64,000 bases of DNA from Bdellovibrionales bacterium (GCA_965262715.1 OZ253553.1:2112001-2176000); one strand, 5' to 3'; numbered from the stretch's first letter, positions 11,727 through 22,686 are shown. The notes: generated by a model not told the origin, from the sequence alone. Made by a program: numbers and translations.

Positions 11727-12836
11727 TTATAAAAGACTAGAAAAATAATGCAAAACTGATGGGCTTGACCAATTTGCTGTTGAAGCCACTTTTCTAATTA
11801 ACTTATGTTCCTGATTTAGAATATAACTTTCAGGCAACTTCCAAGTACCCCATTTTTTTGCTAGCCCCTGCCCTAAGTCATGCAAAACAACAACATTAGG
11901 AGTGGATACTTCAAAAGCTTTTATAAAATTGATAATATCCTTTTTATTATCATCCATAGAAATAGCTAAAATTTTCACTTGACCTTGAAACTCATCAACA
12001 AGTTCCAACATAGATCCAAATTCTTCCACACAAGGAGCACACCAAGTTGCCCAAAAATTTACAATTGTGATATCTCCTCTAAATTCAGATAAAGACACTA
12101 AACGATCATCTGTCACACTGGGAAGTGTAAAATCTGACGCACCAAACTGTTCTAATCGAGATAAGACATCTTGACTATCATTTGGAATGTTTTCCTCTTG
12201 ACAAGAGCGGACAATAAATAAAGCTGCCACAATCAGAGCTATCAAAATAAGACCTATAAACCAATAACGTTTGACTTTTTCTAATAAGCCAGTATGAGCA
12301 GGCTTTGAAGGTGCTTGCTTAGAAATAGATACATCTTCTTTAACTTCTACTTCCTTAGCTTCTTTTATTGTTTTAACCTCAGTCTTTTTGGCATCTATTG
12401 GTTTTTTAGATACATCATCCACTTTCTTTGTCTTCTTATCCAAATCTTTTTTCTGATCTCGTGTCAAAATTAAATCTGGTTCTACCCATTCAATAAAAGC
12501 CATAGAAGCATTATCTCCAACACGCTCAGCACATTTGACAATACGAGTGTAACCTCCACTACGATCAAGAAACTTAGGCGCTAATCTATTTACAACATCT
12601 GATATTAATGCTTTATCAGGATATTTGGATAAAAGCCGCCGGTAAGAATTCAGATCTTTTCTCTTACCTAAGGTGATCACCCGGTCAGCATGCCTTTTCA
12701 ACTCCTTAGCTTTAGCTAAAGTTGTTTTAATACGTCCATACTTTATCAAAGAAAAAACTAGATTCTTTAATACAGCCTTTTTTTGATTATAACTGTGACC
12801 AAAACTTTTGCGGCCTACTAAAACTCTATGTCTCAT
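11727..12836 (-). CDS. rplQ: 50S ribosomal protein L17 fused to TM helix and TlpA/ResA-like thioredoxin
   Basis: aa1-120 L17 (IKTTLAKAKE, GGYTRI); Lys/Glu linker; TM; NFWATWCAPC. Confidence 0.88.
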   Translation of the reverse strand: MRHRVLVGRKSFGHSYNQKKAVLKNLVFSLIKYGRIKTTLAKAKELKRHADRVITLGKRKDLNSYRRLLSKYPDKALISDVVNRLAPKFLDRSGGYTRIVKCAERVGDNASMAFIEWVEPDLILTRDQKKDLDKKTKKVDDVSKKPIDAKKTEVKTIKEAKEVEVKEDVSISKQAPSKPAHTGLLEKVKRYWFIGLILIALIVAALFIVRSCQEENIPNDSQDVLSRLEQFGASDFTLPSVTDDRLVSLSEFRGDITIVNFWATWCAPCVEEFGSMLELVDEFQGQVKILAISMDDNKKDIINFIKAFEVSTPNVVVLHDLGQGLAKKWGTWKLPESYILNQEHKLIRKVASTANWSSPSVLHYFSSLL

Positions 12837-12885
12837 TTTATTTATCTCGTTACTTTACTGATTTTGCCTGTCTATATCTCATAAC

Positions 12886-14067
12886 TTAACTAGGGGTTTG
12901 ATTTGGATCTTGGCCCTGCCCCTGGCCCTGCCCCTGGCCCTGGCCACCATCATGTCCTTGTTGATTTTGATTAATGTCATCATAGTTATAATGACTGAAT
13001 TCATTGGCTTTACTACGCATATCTGAGGCGTTTTGTCTCATCTTCATTGCCATATCATGATGTTCCATAACTTCAGGAGAAGGAGGCCATCCCTCAATCC
13101 TCATCCCTAATTCTAAATTCATATTTGATAATATCTCTCTAATTTCATTTAAAGATTTCCTACCAAAATTCTTTGTCTTTAACATCTCTGCCTCAGATTT
13201 TGTCACAAGCTCTCCAATATAACGAATATTAGCATTTTTTAAGCAATTTGCACTTCTTACAGAAAGCTCTAAGTCATCTACTGATCTAAATAAGTTTTGA
13301 TTTAACTCAGGAACAGATACCTCTTTAACATATTCTTTTGCTTCTGAAGCTTCATCAAAATTAATAAAAACTTGAACCTGTTCTTTTATTATTTTAGCAG
13401 CTAAAGTACATGCCTCATCTGGCTTTAAAGATTTATCTGTCCAAACTTCTAATGTAAGCTTATCATAATCTGTCCTCTGTCCAACTCGAGCATTGTCAAC
13501 ATAGTAATTCACTCGACGAATAGGACTATACAAGCTATCTACAGCAATAAACCCTACTGGTAAATCTATCTTCTGATCAGAGAATAAAACATAGCCCCTA
13601 CCAAACTTACAAAGAATCTCTGCGTTAAACTTTCCATTTTGTCCTAATGTGCATATATGTTGCTCTGGATTAATAATAGAAATTTTATCTGTTTCTTGAA
13701 TATCCGACGCAGTTACATTGCCAGGTCCAATCTTACTGATTTTTAAAGTAACAGGCTCAGAAGTGTACTGACGAAACCTCACCTCTTTTAAATTTAAAAT
13801 AATATCAGTGACATCTTCTAAAACATCAGGAATAGTTGTAAATTCATGTAAAACTCCATCAAATCTTACAGCGGCAACAGCTGACCCCATCATAGAACTT
13901 AATAAAACTCTTCTAAGAGAATTCCCCAAAGTGACACCATAACCCCTCTCTAAAGGACTGATCACAAATTTTCCATAACTATCAGTCAGTGTGTCATTAT
14001 CCACATGAAAAGACTTTGGTTTAATAAGCTTCTTCCAAAATTGATTATAATGTTCTTGAATTTCCAT
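12886..14067 (-). CDS. rpoA: RNA polymerase alpha subunit
   Basis: PLERGYGVTLGNSLRR, LELSVRSANCL, NFGRKSL; C-terminal GQ-repeat tail. Confidence 0.98.
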   Translation of the reverse strand: MEIQEHYNQFWKKLIKPKSFHVDNDTLTDSYGKFVISPLERGYGVTLGNSLRRVLLSSMMGSAVAAVRFDGVLHEFTTIPDVLEDVTDIILNLKEVRFRQYTSEPVTLKISKIGPGNVTASDIQETDKISIINPEQHICTLGQNGKFNAEILCKFGRGYVLFSDQKIDLPVGFIAVDSLYSPIRRVNYYVDNARVGQRTDYDKLTLEVWTDKSLKPDEACTLAAKIIKEQVQVFINFDEASEAKEYVKEVSVPELNQNLFRSVDDLELSVRSANCLKNANIRYIGELVTKSEAEMLKTKNFGRKSLNEIREILSNMNLELGMRIEGWPPSPEVMEHHDMAMKMRQNASDMRSKANEFSHYNYDDINQNQQGHDGGQGQGQGQGQGQDPNQTPS

Positions 14068-14265
14068 AGAAATCTCCCTAAACTTTAAAACCCTTTATAT
14101 TACATAAAAGACTATAAAAAATAAACCACCCCTTATTAATACACACCCTCTATTTAAATTGTCCCTTTACTTTTCAAAAAACCTATGTGACATCTGCAGA
14201 TCCTTGTCATTTCACTATTTCTTTCTCAAACTTATGTTAGAAAATTATCATTTATACACTTTATC

Positions 14266-14892
14266 TTATCTAGAGTAAAACTCTACAATCATATTTTCTG
14301 CAATGGATAAGGTAATTTGATCCCTTTCAGGTAATCTTCTTACCCCACCTCTAAAACTTTTATGTTCTACTGATAACCAACCTGGTATTTCACGATTCTT
14401 TGCAGATTCCATAGATACTAAAATTTTAGCCTTATCTCTGCTTTTTTCCCGAACTTCTAAAGTATCACCTACTTTTAATAATAAACTTGGAATATTTACA
14501 CGTTTTGTATTTACTAAAAAATGATTATGCCGAATCAATTGCTTAGCTTCTCTTCGACTAGAAGCGTAACCTAAATTATACACTACATTATCTAAACGCA
14601 TCTCTAACTGTCTTAAAAAATTAAGTCCCGTATCTCCTTTCATTCTATTTGCATTATAATAATACCTTCTAAATTGTTTTTCAAAAACTCCATAATACCT
14701 ACGCACTTTTTGTTTTTCTCTTAACTGTAGTGAAAACTCAGAAAATTTTAGTCTCTTTTGACCTGCCTGTCCAGGAGGATAAGGACGTCTCTCATAAGCG
14801 CATTTATCTGTGTAACAACGAGTGCTCTTTAGAAAAAGCTTTTGCCCTTCTCTGCGACATAATCTACAAACACTTTCAATAATCTTACTCAC
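14266..14892 (-). CDS. rpsD: 30S ribosomal protein S4
   Basis: CRLCRREG, QLREKQK, LEMRLDN. Confidence 0.98.
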   Translation of the reverse strand: MSKIIESVCRLCRREGQKLFLKSTRCYTDKCAYERRPYPPGQAGQKRLKFSEFSLQLREKQKVRRYYGVFEKQFRRYYYNANRMKGDTGLNFLRQLEMRLDNVVYNLGYASSRREAKQLIRHNHFLVNTKRVNIPSLLLKVGDTLEVREKSRDKAKILVSMESAKNREIPGWLSVEHKSFRGGVRRLPERDQITLSIAENMIVEFYSR

Positions 14893-14924
14893 TCAGTCTC
14901 TCCCCTATTCTTATAAAAACAATT

Positions 14925-15308
14925 TTAAACTCTTCTGCGTTTCGGAGGGCGACACCCATTATGAGGAACAGGTGTGGTATCTCTTATAGTCAGTATTTTT
15001 AATCCCAAATTAGCAATAGAGCGAACAGCAGGTTCTCGACCTGCGCCTGCTCCTTTTAAAATCACATCCGCAGACTGCATACCATGATCCATTGCTAACT
15101 TAATCGCATCTTCTGTGGCCATTTGAGCGGCAAAAGCTGTCCCTTTCCGGCTACCTTTGAATCCAAGTTTCCCTGCGCTTGACCAACAAATAGTCCCACC
15201 ATTGACATCTGCTACAGTAATAATAGTGTTAGAAAAACCAGATTGAATATAAACTTTTCCAATAGGTGTAGCTTCTCTTTTAGATCTTTTCTTTACAGGT
15301 TTACTCAT
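14925..15308 (-). CDS. rpsK: 30S ribosomal protein S11
   Basis: [20 protein letters not shown]. Confidence 0.98.
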   Translation of the reverse strand: MSKPVKKRSKREATPIGKVYIQSGFSNTIITVADVNGGTICWSSAGKLGFKGSRKGTAFAAQMATEDAIKLAMDHGMQSADVILKGAGAGREPAVRSIANLGLKILTIRDTTPVPHNGCRPPKRRRV

Positions 15309-15318
15309 TTATTATTCC

Positions 15319-15696
15319 TTATTTAGTAGCAGTCTTTTTATTGGCAACAGTCTTTTTTGCTCCCTTACGAGTTCTGCAATTCGTCCTTGTATTTTGTCCT
15401 CTAACAGTTAACCCCTTTTTATGACGTATACCTCTATAACAGTTTAAGTCCATAAGTCGCTTTTTAGCCATGGACGTTTCTTGCCTTAAATCTCCTTCAA
15501 TTTTATAAGAACCTTGAAGAAGGTTTCTGATTTTTGCCACATCATGATCTGTTAAATCATCCGTCCTCAATGAAGATTTAATCTTTAATTCCTGACATAT
15601 TTTCTCAGATGTCTTTCGACCTATTCCATGTAAATAAGTTAAGGCAACAACAACTCTTTTGCTTTTAGGTAAATCAACACCACTTATTCTTGCCAT
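15319..15696 (-). CDS. rpsM: 30S ribosomal protein S13
   Basis: [25 protein letters not shown]. Confidence 0.98.
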   Translation of the reverse strand: MARISGVDLPKSKRVVVALTYLHGIGRKTSEKICQELKIKSSLRTDDLTDHDVAKIRNLLQGSYKIEGDLRQETSMAKKRLMDLNCYRGIRHKKGLTVRGQNTRTNCRTRKGAKKTVANKKTATK

Positions 15697-15735
15697 TTAA
15701 AACCCTCATTCGCTTCACTCAAAATAAACTGGCCT

Positions 15736-16110
15736 CTGTTTCACTAAAAATGAACCAGCCTCTGGCTGTTTTTGGATAGTCAGCCTGAAGACTCGCGTCT
15801 TCAAGAAAATGCTGACTATCTCAAAAATCCGTTCATTTTTAGTAAGGAGACTCCCTTCGTTCTTTTACATCATGTTAAGGAAATCTTTTTCTTTATTTTC
15901 TATCTTCCCTACTACCTCTTCCCCTTACAAATTATCCCAAATCTTTATTATAGCTCGTAAAAAATTGATGTTTTAAGTTAAAGACGAGATCTTCCGCAGA
16001 GTGATCGCCACCAAAGCGATCACTCGAGGACTTCGAGGCTTGACTTAAAATATCAATTTTCTGCTCTTTCAAAGATTTTTTCCCTGTTTTTTCTAAAAAA
16101 ATAACCATAA
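15736..16110 (-). repeat. Composite structured element (A 15736-15884 + B 15961-16060)
   Basis: Nested stems, GCCTCTGGC hairpin, CATCATGTTAAGGAAAT box, B hairpin. Confidence 0.85.
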
Positions 16111-16111
16111 T

Positions 16112-16663
16112 CTAACCTTGCCTCTGCTTATGTTTAGGGTTCTCACAAATAACCCGAATTACTGTCTCACTAAAAATGAACCAGCCTCTGGCTGTTTTTG
16201 GATAGTCAGACTGAAGACTCGCGTCTTCAAGAAAATGCTGACTATCTCAAAAATCTGTTCATTTTTAGTAAACAGATACTCCCCACCTTTTAACATCATG
16301 TTAAGGAAATCCTTAACCTATTCTCACTAAAAATGCCTCTTGCCTCTGGCAACTTTCTGGCAATGACCCCGACGGCTAAAGCCCTCGGCAAATAGGTCAT
16401 CGCCTAGAAAGAATAAGGCATTTTTACTAAGGAGAAACTCCTCATTCTTTTAAACCATGTTAAGGAAACTTCCTCCTTACAAATCACTCTAAATCTTTAT
16501 TATAGCTCGTAAAAAATTGATGTTTTAAGTTAAAGACGAGATCTTCCGCAGAGTGATCGCCACCAAAGCGATCACTCGAGGACTTCGAGGCTTGACTTAA
16601 AACATCAACTTTCTGCTCTTTCAAAGATTTTTTCCCTGTTTTTTCTAAAAAAATAACCATAAT
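16112..16663 (-). repeat. rpmJ 3' tail copy + A + variant A + B
   Basis: rpmJ tail at 16112; A at 16162 and ~16318; B at 16517-16608. Confidence 0.85.
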
Positions 16664-16714
16664 CTAACCTTGCCTCTGCTTATGTTTAGGGTTCTCACAA
16701 ATAACCCGAATTAG

Positions 16715-17626
16715 CTGTCTCACTAAAAACGAACCAGCCTCTGGCTGTTTTTGGATAGTCAGACTGAAGACTTGCGTCTTCAAGAAAATGCTGACTATCT
16801 CAAAAATCTGTTCATTTTTAGTAAACAGATACTCCCCACCTTTTAACATCATGTTAAGGAAATCCTTAACTGATTTTTATCTTTCTCCTCGTTTAACCTT
16901 GCCTCTGCTTATGTTTAGGGTTCTCACAAATAACCCGAATTACTGTCTCACTAAAAATGAACCAGCCTCTGGCTGTTTTTGGATAGTCAGACTGAAGACT
17001 TGCGTCTTCAAGAAAATGCTGACTATCTCAAAAATCTGTTCATTTTTAGTAAACAGATACTCCCCACCTTTTAACATCATGTTAAGGAAATCCTTAACTG
17101 ATTTTTATCTTTCTCCTCGTTTAACCTTGCCTCTGCTTATGTTTAGGGTTCTCACAAATAACCCGAATTACTGTCTCACTAAAAATGAACCAGCCTCTGG
17201 CTGTTTTTGGATAGTCAGACTGAAGACTTGCGTCTTCAAGAAAATGCTGACTATCTCAAAAATCTGTTCATTTTTAGTAAACAGATACTCCCCACCTTTT
17301 AACATCATGTTAAGGAAATCCTTAACTGATTTTTATCTTTCTCCTCGTTTAACCTTGCCTCTGCTTATGTTTAGGGTTCTCACAAATAACCCGAATTACT
17401 GTCTCACTAAAAATGAACCAGCCTCTGGCTGTTTTTGGATAGTCAGACTGAAGACTTGCGTCTTCAAGAAAATGCTGACTATCTCAAAAATCTGTTCATT
17501 TTTAGTAAACAGATACTCCCCACCTTTTAACATCATGTTAAGGAAATCCTTAACTGATTTTTATCTTTCTCCTCGTTTAACCTTGCCTCTGCTTATGTTT
17601 AGGGTTCTCACAAATAACCCGAATTA
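16715..17626 (-). repeat. Tandem array 4 x 228 bp (A element + rpmJ 3' 50 nt)
   Basis: Units start 16715, 16943, 17171, 17399; near-identical. Confidence 0.95.
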
Positions 17627-17690
17627 CTCCAGATCTTTTGATGATTTTGCATTTATTACAAATAGGTTTAACAGATGGCCTTACTTTCAT
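17577..17690 (-). CDS. rpmJ: 50S ribosomal protein L36 (not in ORF track)
   Basis: Manual translation [37 protein letters not shown]. Confidence 0.97.
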   Translation of the reverse strand: MKVRPSVKPICNKCKIIKRSGVIRVICENPKHKQRQG

Positions 17691-17806
17691 CACTAAAATA
17701 TCCTTTAAAAATAACCTAAGCTAAAAAATGTAACATAAAAAATCTTAAAATGACAAGCTTTTATATTTGCAATCTTCTACATTTTTGCAGTATAAAAACC
17801 ATTTTC

Positions 17807-18475
17807 CTAAATATCATTCATCTCATTTGTTTTAATTGTAATAAAAGGTTTCTCAATTCGAGCAAAAACAGCTTCTTCACTGCCTTCCCCATTTACCTCT
17901 AATAAAAGTCCATTTTTTTTATAATACTCAATCAAAGGAGCTGTCTTTTCAATATACACCTCTAATCTCGTTTTTACAACCACTTCACTGTCATCACTTC
18001 TTTGAAAAAGTAGACCTCCACAATGAGTGCAATTGTTGTCTTTTGAAGATACATCATCCACATGAAAAATAGCTTCACAAACTCTACAAATACGCCGGCT
18101 TGTTAAACGGTGCACCAAGACTTCATGAGGAACAGTTAAAAAAATAGCCTTTTCCAAAGTAATACGTTTTTCTTCCAATAAATGAGATAGTCCATTAGCT
18201 TGTGCTATTGTTCTTGGGAAACCGTCCAATACAAATCCCTTAGATATATCTAAGTGCTCAAAAACTTTATAAAATAGTTCTAAAACAATGAGGTCTGGTA
18301 CATATTGGCCTGCATTAATGTATTTTTTAGCCTTCTGACTCCAACTAGAATTCTCCTTTAAATATTTACGGAAAAGACCCCCTGTAGAAATATGATGTAT
18401 TCCATATTTTTTAGTTAAATTGGCAGATTGAGTGCCTTTACCTGCACCTGGAGGACCAAAAAGGAGTATCTTCAA
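17807..18475 (-). CDS. adk: Adenylate kinase
   Basis: GPPGAGKGTQ, LDGFPRT, Zn-lid CxxC...CxxC. Confidence 0.97.
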   Translation of the reverse strand: MKILLFGPPGAGKGTQSANLTKKYGIHHISTGGLFRKYLKENSSWSQKAKKYINAGQYVPDLIVLELFYKVFEHLDISKGFVLDGFPRTIAQANGLSHLLEEKRITLEKAIFLTVPHEVLVHRLTSRRICRVCEAIFHVDDVSSKDNNCTHCGGLLFQRSDDSEVVVKTRLEVYIEKTAPLIEYYKKNGLLLEVNGEGSEEAVFARIEKPFITIKTNEMNDI

Positions 18476-19776
18476 TATTGCACCCTTCTACTCTTGATCT
18501 TATAACCCTTAATAAAGCCGTCATATTGCACATTTAAAAGATGAGATTGCACTTGTTGCATAAAATCTAAACCTACACCAACTAAAATAAGCAAACTTGT
18601 CCCACCAAAATAAAATGGGATTCCAATTTGATTACTTAAAAGCCCTGGCAAAATACAAACAGCACTCAAGTAAACAGCCCCTGCTGTATTGACACGGTTT
18701 AATACTTTTTGAATATAATCTGAGGTGTGCTTGCCTGCTCTAATACCAGGGATAAAACCACCATGTTTTTTTAAATTCTCGGCAACATCATTAGGCTTAA
18801 ATACAATCTCAGCATAAAAAAAGCAAAAAAAGACAATCAATGCTATAAACAAAATATTGTAAATAGACCCTGAAGGCTGAAAAGAATCTCTTAAATTAGC
18901 TATGATCTCATTATTCGTAAAACTTGCTAACGTTGCAGGTAACATCAATAAGCTACTGGCAAAAATGGGAGGAATAACCCCTGAAAAGTTAATTTTTAAT
19001 GGTAAATGAGTCGTTTGCCCACCCATACGAGTAGCTCTTTGTGAATATTGAATAGGGATACGCCTTTGAGCTACCTCCATCCAAATGATATATCCTATCA
19101 CTCCCAACATAAATAATAAAAGAATCAACATAAATAAAGCAGTCATCTGTCCTTGTTGCACAAGATTGATCATAGAAACAAATCCACTAGGAATATCAGC
19201 AGCAATTCCAGCAAAAATAATCAATGAAGCTCCATTGCCAATACCCTTTTCTGTGATCTGCTCCGCAAGCCACATAATGAAACATGTACCAGCTGTTAGA
19301 GTGATAACAGTCATTAATTCAAAAGGAACCAACCCCACATTTGGTGAATTCACAAGAGGTATGCCAGCCTGTGTTGTTTGGCTTTTGATAAAAGTGCTCA
19401 TGCCATAGCCCTGAATAATAGCTAACAGCACCGTGCCATAACGCGTATACTGATTGATTTTCTTTTGACCTTGTTGCCCTTCTTTTTTTAACTGCTCTAA
19501 GTAAGGAACAACCGCTCCTAAAAGCTGAAAAATAATAGAGCTAGAAATATAAGGCATGATTCCAAGAGCAAAAACCGAAAAACTCTCTAATGCCCCACCT
19601 GTAAAAGTGTTTAATAAACCAAAGATGCCAGCACTTTGTACAATGAACTCTCCAACAGCACTATTGTCTGCGCCTGGAGTGGGCACATGAACACCAATCC
19701 TGTAAATAACTAATATCCATAAAGTGAAAAGCAGCCTTTTTCTCAAAGCTTCATTTCTAAGCAGCCCTTCTATCAT
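18472..19776 (-). CDS. secY: Preprotein translocase SecY
   Basis: FALGIMPYI, GIGNGASLIIFAGI, FIPGIR. Confidence 0.98.
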   Translation of the reverse strand: MIEGLLRNEALRKRLLFTLWILVIYRIGVHVPTPGADNSAVGEFIVQSAGIFGLLNTFTGGALESFSVFALGIMPYISSSIIFQLLGAVVPYLEQLKKEGQQGQKKINQYTRYGTVLLAIIQGYGMSTFIKSQTTQAGIPLVNSPNVGLVPFELMTVITLTAGTCFIMWLAEQITEKGIGNGASLIIFAGIAADIPSGFVSMINLVQQGQMTALFMLILLLFMLGVIGYIIWMEVAQRRIPIQYSQRATRMGGQTTHLPLKINFSGVIPPIFASSLLMLPATLASFTNNEIIANLRDSFQPSGSIYNILFIALIVFFCFFYAEIVFKPNDVAENLKKHGGFIPGIRAGKHTSDYIQKVLNRVNTAGAVYLSAVCILPGLLSNQIGIPFYFGGTSLLILVGVGLDFMQQVQSHLLNVQYDGFIKGYKIKSRRVQY

Positions 19777-19817
19777 AAAATGATCCCTGTAGCCATCATA
19801 AGCCTTGCCTTTCTTAT

Positions 19818-20330
19818 CTATCTATCTTTTTTTTCTTCTTTTCCTTTTATTTTCTTGACCACTCTTCTTATAGCAACGCCTCCAGCATCTTTAATAATAG
19901 ACTCTGCCGCTAAACTAAAGGCATCTGCTTCTATATGAAAAGCCCGCTTCAATTCGCTTTTACCCTTTAAGATTTTGATAGGTTGATTCTGCTTTCTAAT
20001 CAACCGAAGTGCTTTTAAAATAGAAGGAGTTATTTTATAAATATCTCCATTAGACTTAAGACCTGCCACTGGCAAATCTGCAACTTTGTCTAAAGAGACA
20101 ATTTGAAATTTGATCTTAGAAATAGGAGTAAAACCAAATTTAGGCAACCTCTGCCAAAGAGGCATTTGCCCTCCTTCAAAAGTAGCCCTACTTGAGCTGC
20201 CTGAACGCGACTTTTGCCCATTATAACCACGAGCTGCTGTTGTACCCCAACCAGAACTATTTCCTCGCCCTATCCTTTTTTTTCTAAAAGTAGACTTCTT
20301 CATAGGTCTTAATTCAGAAAGCAATGACAT
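19818..20330 (-). CDS. rplO: 50S ribosomal protein L15
   Basis: GRGNSSGWG, FEGGQMPL. Confidence 0.96.
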   Translation of the reverse strand: MSLLSELRPMKKSTFRKKRIGRGNSSGWGTTAARGYNGQKSRSGSSSRATFEGGQMPLWQRLPKFGFTPISKIKFQIVSLDKVADLPVAGLKSNGDIYKITPSILKALRLIRKQNQPIKILKGKSELKRAFHIEADAFSLAAESIIKDAGGVAIRRVVKKIKGKEEKKDR

Positions 20331-20357
20331 TATTTTTTACCTACCCATTTGTTATTA

Positions 20358-20558
20358 TTAATTCTTACATACACTCACATCTAAAAGATGTTGTACCTTT
20401 AATACCTGTCCTCTTAAAGATGGAGCATCTAAAAAAACTCTTTGAGAACCTATTTTCTTCAAACCTAAACAACGCACAGTTTCTTTTTGCTTCTTTGTAC
20501 AACCTATTGTGCTTTTTATAAGCTTGATTTTAAAAGATTTCTTATCACTTTGTACCAT
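20358..20558 (-). CDS. rpmD: 50S ribosomal protein L30
   Basis: KLIKSTIG, LGLKKI; gene order. Confidence 0.93.
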   Translation of the reverse strand: MVQSDKKSFKIKLIKSTIGCTKKQKETVRCLGLKKIGSQRVFLDAPSLRGQVLKVQHLLDVSVCKN

Positions 20559-20576
20559 TTTGCATTTCCTATTTTC

Positions 20577-21059
20577 TTATAAATGAGCCACTCCACGTTC
20601 TTTTATGACTTCATCTGCATCTCTAAGCTGCTGCAAACCTTGAATTGTAGCTCTGACCGCTGCATGAGGATTTCTTGTTCCAACACACTTTGTTAAAATA
20701 TTTCTTACACCAGCTACCTCTAAAACAGCCCTTACAGCACCTCCCGCAATCACTCCTGTTCCTGACATAGCAGGAAACATAATGATCTTAGCCACACCAT
20801 ACTTACCAATCACCTCATGCGGAATTGTACCCTTTTCAACAAGCACTTTATAGCAATTGTTCTTAGCAGCCCTTCCTGCTTTACCAATAGCTACAGGTAC
20901 TTCACTGGCTTTTCCAAGACCAAAGCCAATCTCTCCATTTTTATTGCCTATAACAACAAGAGCTGAAAAAGAAAACCTACGACCTCCTTTTACAACCTTG
21001 GCAACACGATTAATGCTCACTACACGTTCTTCAAATTCTTGTGTTGTTTCACTTGCCAC
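20577..21059 (-). CDS. rpsE: 30S ribosomal protein S5 (start set to GTG 21059)
   Basis: [24 protein letters not shown] before GTG. Confidence 0.96.
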   Translation of the reverse strand: MASETTQEFEERVVSINRVAKVVKGGRRFSFSALVVIGNKNGEIGFGLGKASEVPVAIGKAGRAAKNNCYKVLVEKGTIPHEVIGKYGVAKIIMFPAMSGTGVIAGGAVRAVLEVAGVRNILTKCVGTRNPHAAVRATIQGLQQLRDADEVIKERGVAHL

Positions 21060-21071
21060 GAAAACCCCTTT

Positions 21072-21761
21072 CTGTTTCACTAAAATGCATCTCGCCTCTG
21101 GCGATTTTCTGGCGGTCAGCCTGAAGGTTCACAACTTCAGCAAGTAGCTGACTGCCTAGAAAACCTGATGCATTTTAGTAAGGAGAATCTCCTCATTATC
21201 TAACATCATGTTAAGGAAATCTTTTTATCTTCATTCCCTTATCTTTTTAGTTAGTATCTCCTATTCTTTTCCTTATAAACTTCTTAAAACTTTAACCCCA
21301 CCTGTTTCACTAAAATGCATCTCGCCTCTGGCGATTTTCTGGCGGTCAGCCTGAAGGTTCACAACTTCAGCAAGTAGCTGACTGCCTAGAAAACCTGATG
21401 CATTTTAGTAAGGAGAATCTCCTCATTATCTAACATCATGTTAAGGAAATCTTTTTATCTTCATTCCCTTATCTTTTTAGTTAGTATCTCCTATTCTTTT
21501 CCTTATAAACTTCTTAAAACTTTAACCCCACCTGTTTCACTAAAATGCATCTCGCCTCTGGCGATTTTCTGGCGGTCAGCCTGAAGGTTCACAACTTCAG
21601 CAAGTAGCTGACTGCCTAGAAAACCTGATGCATTTTAGTAAGGAGAATCTCCTCATTATCTAACATCATGTTAAGGAAATCTTTTTATCTTCATTCCCTT
21701 ATCTTTTTAGTTAGTATCTCCTATTCTTTTCCTTATAAACTTCTTAAAACTTTAACCCCAC
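21072..21761 (-). repeat. Tandem array 3 x 230 bp (A element + rplR 3' 18 nt)
   Basis: Identical units at 21072, 21302, 21532. Confidence 0.95.
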
Positions 21762-22106
21762 CTTACGAGCTGCATCTGCTAACTCCTTAATACGACCATG
21801 ATAAAGATAACCACCCCTATCAAACTTTACTGTAACAATATTCTTTTCTAAAGCTATCTTAGCAATCTTCTCTCCAACAGATCTAGCTGTTTCCTTATTG
21901 TTTTTAGGTTCCTTCAGTGATGAAACAAAACCTAATGTTTTTTTCAATTGATCGTCAATGATCTGAGCATAAATATGCCTATTAGAACGAAATACAGCAA
22001 GCCTTGGCCTATCAGAATGTCCTTCTATTTTTTTCCTAATACGCGCTCGACTCTTTAATCGATTCGTTACCTTTTTAGTCGTTAATCTATGAATCTTTAA
22101 TCTCAT
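21744..22106 (-). CDS. rplR: 50S ribosomal protein L18
   Basis: [28 protein letters not shown]. Confidence 0.97.
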   Translation of the reverse strand: MRLKIHRLTTKKVTNRLKSRARIRKKIEGHSDRPRLAVFRSNRHIYAQIIDDQLKKTLGFVSSLKEPKNNKETARSVGEKIAKIALEKNIVTVKFDRGGYLYHGRIKELADAARKVGLKF

Positions 22107-22146
22107 CTTTCACTGTTTCCCTTGTTTTTTCTAAAAAAACAATACA

Positions 22147-22686
22147 TCACTTACCACCTGTCTTTCCAGCTTTCCTTCTAACTACTTCGTTTGTGTATTT
22201 AACGCCTTTTCCTAAATAAGGCTCAGGTGGCCTAAAAGCTCGAATTTTTGCAGCCACTTGCCCCACAACTTGCTTATCCGGTCCCTTTATATGAATCGTC
22301 GTCTGCTTTTCAACATTTGCTTCAATATGCTCAGGCAAGTCTAAAATAATAGGATGACTATATCCTAAATTCAATTCTAAAGACTTCCCTTTAACCGATG
22401 CCCTATAACCCACTCCTTTCATTTCTAATGTCTTTGTCCAACCCGATGTTACACCTATCACAGCATTTTGAGCCAAAGACCTATAAAGTCCATGCAAACT
22501 ACGGCTTTCTTTAGATTCATCCTTACGATCAAATAAAATAAAACCATCCTTAACAGATGCAGTGATAGCAGAGTTCATCTCAATAGTCTGAGTTAACTTA
22601 GATCCTTTCACAGTAACTTTGTTGTCTAAAATACTTACCTGAACATTAGAATTAAAAGATACCGGTGCTTTACCAATCCTAGACAT
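22147..22686 (-). CDS. rplF: 50S ribosomal protein L6
   Basis: MSRIGK, GVGYRA, RPPEPYLGKG. Confidence 0.97.
   Translation of the reverse strand: MSRIGKAPVSFNSNVQVSILDNKVTVKGSKLTQTIEMNSAITASVKDGFILFDRKDESKESRSLHGLYRSLAQNAVIGVTSGWTKTLEMKGVGYRASVKGKSLELNLGYSHPIILDLPEHIEANVEKQTTIHIKGPDKQVVGQVAAKIRAFRPPEPYLGKGVKYTNEVVRRKAGKTGGK

Noticed and set aside
16788..17696. 302-aa + strand ORF with 76-aa repeats (also ORFs at 15772, 16118, 16664)
   Set aside because: Product of the 228-bp repeat being a multiple of 3; antisense to rpmJ; frame not kept in other A copies
16715..21761. Tandem arrays as CRISPR
   Set aside because: Units are ~230 bp and essentially identical, with no unique spacers and no cas genes in the window
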